A DNA stretch of 64,000 nucleotides from Candidatus Porisulfidus sp. TsSOB (lineage in GTDB: Bacteria; Pseudomonadota; Gammaproteobacteria; Poriferisulfidales; Poriferisulfidaceae): contig MRSX01000002.1 in assembly GCA_002631715.1 (NCBI GenBank), forward strand, positions 152,478-216,477, in the 5' to 3' direction. The first letter of the stretch is position 1, and every line of letters starts with the position of its first letter. The notes under the pieces were generated by a model. It ran no database searches. It was not told where the DNA came from and saw only the letters and a list, made by a program, of their open reading frames with translations. Position numbers and translations under genes: made by a program. Shown in pieces: positions 58,512 through 64,000 of the stretch.

Positions 58512-61307
58512 ATGCCTAGCGCGGCCAAACATACGCCGTCGATAGGCGATGCCATTGACCGCAAGTTACGACAGCGGGTCAAACTGCTGGGTCGCCTGCT
58601 CGGTCTCGTGCTCCAGGAGCACGCCCCGCCCCAAGTGTTCCAGGTCGTGGAGCGGCTGCGCCGGGGCTACATCCGTCTGCAGCGCGAAGAGGACGTGCGA
58701 CGGCGCATCCGCTTGGTGCGCTTGATCGACCGACTGGACCAAGATCTCACCAGCCAGGTCATCCGGGCGTTCTCCACCTACTTCAGCCTGGTCAACGTCG
58801 CCGAAGAGGCGGCGCTCCAAGATCAGCGCCGTCGGTATCTGCAAGCCGGTACCGCATTGTGGACAGGTTCATTCGACGCGACCTTGCGCGCACTCAAGGA
58901 ACAGAGCTTCAGCGCCGCCAAAGCGGAAAAGCTGTTGCTTCAGACGAATTACATGCCGGTCTTCACCGCCCATCCGACCGAGGCGAAGCGCCGCATCATG
59001 CAGGAAGCGTTGCGGCGGATTTTCATCCTGCTGCAATCCTCGGACGACCCAGCCTTGAGCCAAGTGGAACGCGACGAGGCCCGCGAGCGCCTGTTGGCGG
59101 AAATCCAGTTGCTGTGGAAGACCGACGAGGTCCGTCCAGGCAAGCCGACCGTGCAGACCGAAGTCAAGAACGGCTTGCATTATTTCGAGAAATCCCTGTT
59201 CGAGGCGATCCCGATCCTGTACCGCAACCTGCAGCGCGCGTGGCGGCGGACCTATCCGGATTCGCCCCGTACGCTTCCGAGCTTCATCCAGTTCGGCTCC
59301 TGGATCGGCGGCGACCGTGACGGCAACCCCCACGTCACTGCGCGCGTCACCCGGCAAGCCTGCCGGATGCAGGCGCGCACCATCCTCGGCGAATACATCC
59401 GGCGCGTCCGCAAACTGGAAAGCATCCTCAGCCACTCCTCGCACTTGATCGACCTGCCCGACCGCATGCGCACCAGCCTGGAAGCCGACCGCAAGCTGTT
59501 GGACCGGGTGCGCAGCCGAAGCATTTCACTGTTCGAGACCGAGCCGTACCGCTGCAAGCTGGAGGTCATCCTGTGCCGGCTGCAGCACCGGCTCGATCAT
59601 CTGGAGGGTCGATCCTGGCACAGTTCGGACAGCTATCAGGACGAGACCCAGTTCCTCGATGACCTGCGACTGATTTACGACTCGCTGGTCGAGCAGGGCG
59701 ATGGCCGCATCGCAGACGGAGAATTGACCGATCTGATCCGGTTGGTGGAGACATTCGGCTTCTACCTCGCGAGACTCGATCTCCGCCAGGAATCTCCTCG
59801 CCACACGGAGGCAGTCGACGAAATCCTGCAGGCCATGGATGGGACCGATTACGCCAATCTGAACGAAGCCAAGCGCATCCAAGTCCTGCAAAAGCACATC
59901 AAGAAGATGAACGGGCCGGTTTCTTTGGACCGCAGGAAACTGTCCGCCGCCACGCGCGAGACCTTGGCCGTGTTCGACCTCGTACGGGAAGTGCCGGAAC
60001 GAACCAGCCCGAAAATCTTCGGCCAATACGTCATCTCCATGACCCACGCTGCCAGCCATGTCCTGGAAGTGCTGTTCCTGGGAGGGTTGGCCGGGTTGGC
60101 CGGAGGCCGGGGACAGCATCACTTCTGCCTATTGCAGATTTGCCCGTTGTTCGAGACGATCGAGGACCTGCGCAGGGCGCCAAGCATCCTCAACCGGCTG
60201 TTTCAGGACCCCGTCTACCGCCCGTTACTCGATGCCTCCGGCGGCGTACAGGACATCATGCTGGGATATTCCGACTCCTGCAAGGACGGCGGCATCCTGG
60301 CCTCGGCATGGAACCTGTACCAGGCACAAAAGCAGATTCACGAGATCTCCAAGCGCCGGGGAGTACGGTTCCGGCTTTTCCACGGCCGCGGCGGAACCGT
60401 TGGGCGGGGCGGGGGACCGACCCACGAAGCCATCACGGCGCAGCCGTCCGGCACGGTGCGGGGCGCCATCAAGTTGACCGAACAGGGCGAGGTGCTGTCG
60501 TACAAGTACTCCAACCTGGAGACCGCCGTGTACGAACTGACCATGGGCGCGACCGGCCTGGTCCTGGCCTCCCGCCACCTGATATTCCGCAAACTAGCTC
60601 ACGAATACGCCGATGACCTCAGGATCATGGAGAAACTGGCCGAAGACGGTGAGCAAGCTTACCGGGAATTGATCACGGCACCGGGATTCCTGGACTACTT
60701 CTACGAGGTCACCCCGGTGCAGGAAATCGGCAATATCAACATCGGTTCCCGGCCTTCGCACCGCCGCGCGGTCGACCGGTCGATGGATTCCATCCGTGCC
60801 ATCCCCTGGGTGTTCGGCTGGTCCCTCTCGCGGCATACTTTGCCCGCCTGGTACGGCATCGGCACCGCGCTCGAATCCTATCTGAAGGCGCACCCGAAGA
60901 CCGGGCTTAAACAGATTCGCCGCATGTACAAGCGTTGGCCATTCTTCCAAACCCTGATGCAGAACATCCAGATGGCTCTCACCAAAGCCGACATGCCGAC
61001 CGCCCAGCAGTACATGCAGTTGAGTCGGCATCCGGACGACGCCAAGCGGATCTACCGGCAGATCGAGCGGGAATACCGGCTCACCCGAAAACTCGTGTTG
61101 CGGGCAACCCGTTGCAAGGAGCTTCTGGAAACACAGGAAGTGCTGCGCCGGTCACTGAGCCGTCGGAAACCCTACCTGGATCCCCTCAACGCGATCCAGC
61201 TCAGCCTGCTGCGCCGTACACGCGAAGCCTCCGACCCCGGCCCTTACCAGGATACGGTGGCACGATCGATCAGCGCGATCGCGGCAGGGATGCGGAATAC
61301 CGGCTGA
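58512..61307 (+). CDS. ppc: phosphoenolpyruvate carboxylase
   Basis: 931 aa with PEPC motifs (VFTAHPTE, GYSDSCKDGG, FHGRGGTVGRGGGP) and the C-terminal ...MRNTG. Confidence 0.95.
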   Translation: MPSAAKHTPSIGDAIDRKLRQRVKLLGRLLGLVLQEHAPPQVFQVVERLRRGYIRLQREEDVRRRIRLVRLIDRLDQDLTSQVIRAFSTYFSLVNVAEEAALQDQRRRYLQAGTALWTGSFDATLRALKEQSFSAAKAEKLLLQTNYMPVFTAHPTEAKRRIMQEALRRIFILLQSSDDPALSQVERDEARERLLAEIQLLWKTDEVRPGKPTVQTEVKNGLHYFEKSLFEAIPILYRNLQRAWRRTYPDSPRTLPSFIQFGSWIGGDRDGNPHVTARVTRQACRMQARTILGEYIRRVRKLESILSHSSHLIDLPDRMRTSLEADRKLLDRVRSRSISLFETEPYRCKLEVILCRLQHRLDHLEGRSWHSSDSYQDETQFLDDLRLIYDSLVEQGDGRIADGELTDLIRLVETFGFYLARLDLRQESPRHTEAVDEILQAMDGTDYANLNEAKRIQVLQKHIKKMNGPVSLDRRKLSAATRETLAVFDLVREVPERTSPKIFGQYVISMTHAASHVLEVLFLGGLAGLAGGRGQHHFCLLQICPLFETIEDLRRAPSILNRLFQDPVYRPLLDASGGVQDIMLGYSDSCKDGGILASAWNLYQAQKQIHEISKRRGVRFRLFHGRGGTVGRGGGPTHEAITAQPSGTVRGAIKLTEQGEVLSYKYSNLETAVYELTMGATGLVLASRHLIFRKLAHEYADDLRIMEKLAEDGEQAYRELITAPGFLDYFYEVTPVQEIGNINIGSRPSHRRAVDRSMDSIRAIPWVFGWSLSRHTLPAWYGIGTALESYLKAHPKTGLKQIRRMYKRWPFFQTLMQNIQMALTKADMPTAQQYMQLSRHPDDAKRIYRQIEREYRLTRKLVLRATRCKELLETQEVLRRSLSRRKPYLDPLNAIQLSLLRRTREASDPGPYQDTVARSISAIAAGMRNTG

Positions 61308-61308
61308 T

Positions 61309-61689
61309 TCAGGCCGCCTGGACCGGAATCTTGTGGGTGATGCGTTCGATGCGGTTGCCCGCGCCTAAGTAAACGAGGACGGGCTTGAAGTCCGCCACTT
61401 CCTCCGGCTCCAGTTGCGCGTAGGCGGCAATGATGACCTGATCCCCCGGCGATGCCTTGTGCGCCGCCGCACCATTCACCGAAATGATCCGGCTGCCGTG
61501 GCGGGCCTGGATGGCGTAGGTCGTCAGCCGCTCCCCGTTGGTAATGTTGTACAGGTCGATCTGCTCGTACTCGCTGATGCCGGCCGCTTCCAGCAACTCG
61601 CCATCAATCGCGCACGAACCATCGTAGTCCGGCTCGACATGAGTCACTGTTGCCTGATGCAGGCGGGCACGGAGGAAAGTCAGTTTCAT
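61309..61689 (-). CDS. panD: aspartate 1-decarboxylase
   Basis: The Gly-Ser self-processing site (DYDGSCAID) is present; 126 aa. Confidence 0.9.
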   Translation of the reverse strand: MKLTFLRARLHQATVTHVEPDYDGSCAIDGELLEAAGISEYEQIDLYNITNGERLTTYAIQARHGSRIISVNGAAAHKASPGDQVIIAAYAQLEPEEVADFKPVLVYLGAGNRIERITHKIPVQAA

Positions 61690-61753
61690 ATCCGAATTTT
61701 AGCAAATGGACTTTTCGCGGCAAAACGCCCCTGCGAGACAACACACGGGCAGC

Positions 61754-64000
61754 TTATTGCCCAGATGTCTTTATCCAGTGATGACGGCGCTGGAACGGAT
61801 AGCCCGGCAGTGAGATTCGGCGCCGTGCCTCTCCCGCGAACAGCCCCTGGAAGGAAATCGGCAGTCCCGTCTCGTACACCTTCGCCACGGTCCCCACGAA
61901 TTTCCGGTAAATGTCCTCCACCGGTTCGTCACCGGACGGTTCGTGCAAGCTCGAGATCAGCGCTGGCTCCCCCGCATCTCCTGCTGGTTCCGGCCAAGCA
62001 GAAGCAAGCATGGGGCCAAATGCCTCGCGCGGGCCGATTTCCACCAGCCCATCGATCCCAAAACCCGACAATGCCTCAGCACATTTCTGGAGTTCCGCCG
62101 GCTTGCTCGCTTGCTCGTGCCAGTATGTTGCGTCGAGTACCTCGTCGGGCCCGACCATCCGACCCATTGTGCTGCTGATCAGGGTGATCGACGGCGGCAC
62201 GATCGCGATATCCGAGAAAGCCGTTTCCAATTCATCCGCACCACGCGCTGCCGCAAACAGCAAGCCATCCTTCAGACTAAATACTCCCGCCGCCTGCGCT
62301 GCCGCAATTTCTCCGAGATCATGGCCAATCACCGCGCTCGGGCGAACCCCCATGCTCAGCCACCATGCCGTAAGCGCGCATTCCAGCGCATAGATGGCCG
62401 GTTGCGCCCATGCCGGATCGTCCAGGCTTTCTTTTGAATCGGCTCGACCGAACATCACATCCAGCAGCGAAACTTCCCGTTCTTCCTGAAGCCAGGCGTC
62501 GCATTGATCCAGCACCGCCCGTATTACCGGCTCACTCCGATACAGCGCTTCTCCCATCCCGACCCACTGGCTGTCCTGCCCGGTGTACACGAACGCGGCT
62601 TTCGCTGCCACTCGCGGTTCCGATCCCTCGCCCGCTTCTACTACTGTCTCCAGTCCGTCCCTCAAGGATCCGGCATCATTGAATACCACGCCTGCGCGGT
62701 GAGTGAAATGACTTCGCCCTATCCCGGCCGTCCACGCCATATCGGCAAGCAACCGGTCTGGAGTCTCGCCTTCTTCGGAAAACTCCTCTGCGTGATCATC
62801 AAGCCACGACCGGTATTTCCCCGCCAACTCTCCAAGCGCTGCATGCGACTTTCCGGAGAGAGGCAGGATTCTTGCCGCACGCGGGTTGAATTCTTCTGCT
62901 GCCGGCAGCGAATCCGCGATGGATTCCGGCAGCGAGATGTCGACAGTCTGTTCGACCCCCTCGGGGGCGGACATCCCGTCGGACTTGGATGACTCGCTTT
63001 GCGGCGCGTCGTAACCTTCCACGATGACATGGGCATTCGTCCCCGACAACCCGAAAGCGCTCACGCCTGCCCGCGGCGGCCGGCCGGGGTCGAGTGGCCA
63101 GTCGATTGTTTCCGATGTCACCCGCACGGGCAACTGGTCCCAGTCCACCTGCGGGCTCGGGTTCTGGAAATGCAATTGCCCCGGGATCTTCCCTCGCTGC
63201 ATCGCCAACACAACTTTGATCAACGCCGAAACTCCCGCCGCCCACTCCAGATGCCCGATGCTCGGCTTGACCGAGCCGATCAGCAGCGGGCGGTCCGCCT
63301 CGCGCCCTTCGCCGTACACCGCCGCCGCCGCGCGCACCTCGACCGGGTCACCTAATTCCGAACCTGTCCCATGAGCCTCCAGGTAATCCACCTCCGACGG
63401 CGGAATCCCGGTCTGGGCCAGTGCCTCTCCAAGCACCTGCTCCTGTGCGGTTCCGCTGGGTGCCGATATGCCGGCACTCGCCCCGTTCTGGTTGACCGCC
63501 GAACCCCGGATCACACCCCAGATTCGGTCACCGTCCGCTTCCGCCTTGCTCAACCGCTTGAGGACCACGATCCCGCAGCCTTCGCCTCGCACAAAACCAT
63601 CTGCCGCAGCATCGAAAACACCGCATCGCCCGCTTGCCGACAGCATCCCGAAGTCCGCCATGAACTTTGTGACTGCAGGAGACAGGACCACGTTGGCACC
63701 TCCGGCCAGAGCCAGATCCACCTCGCCCCGCCGCAGACTTGCGATCGCCTGATGCACGGCAACCAGCGATGAGGCACAGGTCATGTCCAGCGGGATTGCC
63801 GGTCCCATGAAACCCAGTGCGTAGGAAATTCGCCCGGCCGCTACGCTTCCAGCAGTACCGATATAGTTGTCCTCCTCGCCAAGGGCTGCGACCAGGTCTC
63901 GGTATTCGCTGCCGCCCAACCCCACATACACCCCGGTTTGGCTGCCTTTCAGCAGGTCGGGATCCATTCCGGCATCCTCAAGCGCCTGCCAACTCGTTTC
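61754..64000 (-). CDS. type I polyketide-synthase-like KS-AT didomain protein (N-terminal part beyond the window); AT motif is GHDLG
   Basis: Frame open to nt 64000. KS catalytic triad present (DMTCASSLVA, EAHGTGSELGDP, SIGHLEWAAG). The AT-like domain reads VIGHDLGE, with Asp where the Ser nucleophile normally sits. The protein stops after the post-AT linker LPGYPFQRRHHWI. Confidence 0.75.
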   Translation of the reverse strand, partial: ETSWQALEDAGMDPDLLKGSQTGVYVGLGGSEYRDLVAALGEEDNYIGTAGSVAAGRISYALGFMGPAIPLDMTCASSLVAVHQAIASLRRGEVDLALAGGANVVLSPAVTKFMADFGMLSASGRCGVFDAAADGFVRGEGCGIVVLKRLSKAEADGDRIWGVIRGSAVNQNGASAGISAPSGTAQEQVLGEALAQTGIPPSEVDYLEAHGTGSELGDPVEVRAAAAVYGEGREADRPLLIGSVKPSIGHLEWAAGVSALIKVVLAMQRGKIPGQLHFQNPSPQVDWDQLPVRVTSETIDWPLDPGRPPRAGVSAFGLSGTNAHVIVEGYDAPQSESSKSDGMSAPEGVEQTVDISLPESIADSLPAAEEFNPRAARILPLSGKSHAALGELAGKYRSWLDDHAEEFSEEGETPDRLLADMAWTAGIGRSHFTHRAGVVFNDAGSLRDGLETVVEAGEGSEPRVAAKAAFVYTGQDSQWVGMGEALYRSEPVIRAVLDQCDAWLQEEREVSLLDVMFGRADSKESLDDPAWAQPAIYALECALTAWWLSMGVRPSAVIGHDLGEIAAAQAAGVFSLKDGLLFAAARGADELETAFSDIAIVPPSITLISSTMGRMVGPDEVLDATYWHEQASKPAELQKCAEALSGFGIDGLVEIGPREAFGPMLASAWPEPAGDAGEPALISSLHEPSGDEPVEDIYRKFVGTVAKVYETGLPISFQGLFAGEARRRISLPGYPFQRRHHWIKTSGQ

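Overview
This is a 64 kb, roughly 65% GC segment of a proteobacterial (probably gammaproteobacterial) chromosome. The repeated partner-strand ORFs in the track are GC artefacts; genes are tightly packed on both strands and I saw no transposase, integrase or CRISPR. Most of the window is housekeeping: argS, queG, asnB, plsY, bioH-bioC, moaC, asmA, mutY, yggX, nadC, mazG, galU, rpoD, the rpsP-rimM-trmD-rplS operon, ogt, pgi, ppc and panD. Metal and phosphate homeostasis genes are dense: fur flanked by two TonB-dependent receptors, zur-znuCB, fbpABC with a Fur-box-like site, a cusCBA-type RND efflux operon preceded by a small Cys/His-rich secreted protein, and pstCAB next to phoBR. There are three tRNA genes: Gly-CCC, Asn-GTT, and a CAT-anticodon tRNA downstream of rpoD as with ileX in E. 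coli. The main candidates for something new are: (1) a translationally coupled six-gene minus-strand operon (13009-18608) immediately downstream of tRNA-Gly, encoding a YbiB/TrpD2-like protein, a Sel1-repeat protein, a MoxR-type AAA+ ATPase, an HEXXH-metallopeptidase-like/VWA protein, a 362-aa protein with no recognisable domain and an alpha/beta hydrolase; (2) a roughly 2.9 kb accessory block (24740-27589) sitting between mutY and yggX, with tandem paralogous outer-membrane beta-barrel genes, a secreted HNH-like/Excalibur nuclease candidate and a DUF1971 gene, close to the Pho regulon genes; (3) a KS-AT didomain polyketide-synthase-like protein whose AT motif reads GHDLG (Asp in place of the catalytic Ser), ending after the post-AT linker and followed by panD; (4) a likely glucosylglycerate pathway split between a GH13_18 phosphorylase (7851-9581) and a pgi-phosphatase-synthase operon (54914-58444). 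All coordinates come from ORF-frame arithmetic plus reading the sequence; no database searches were possible.
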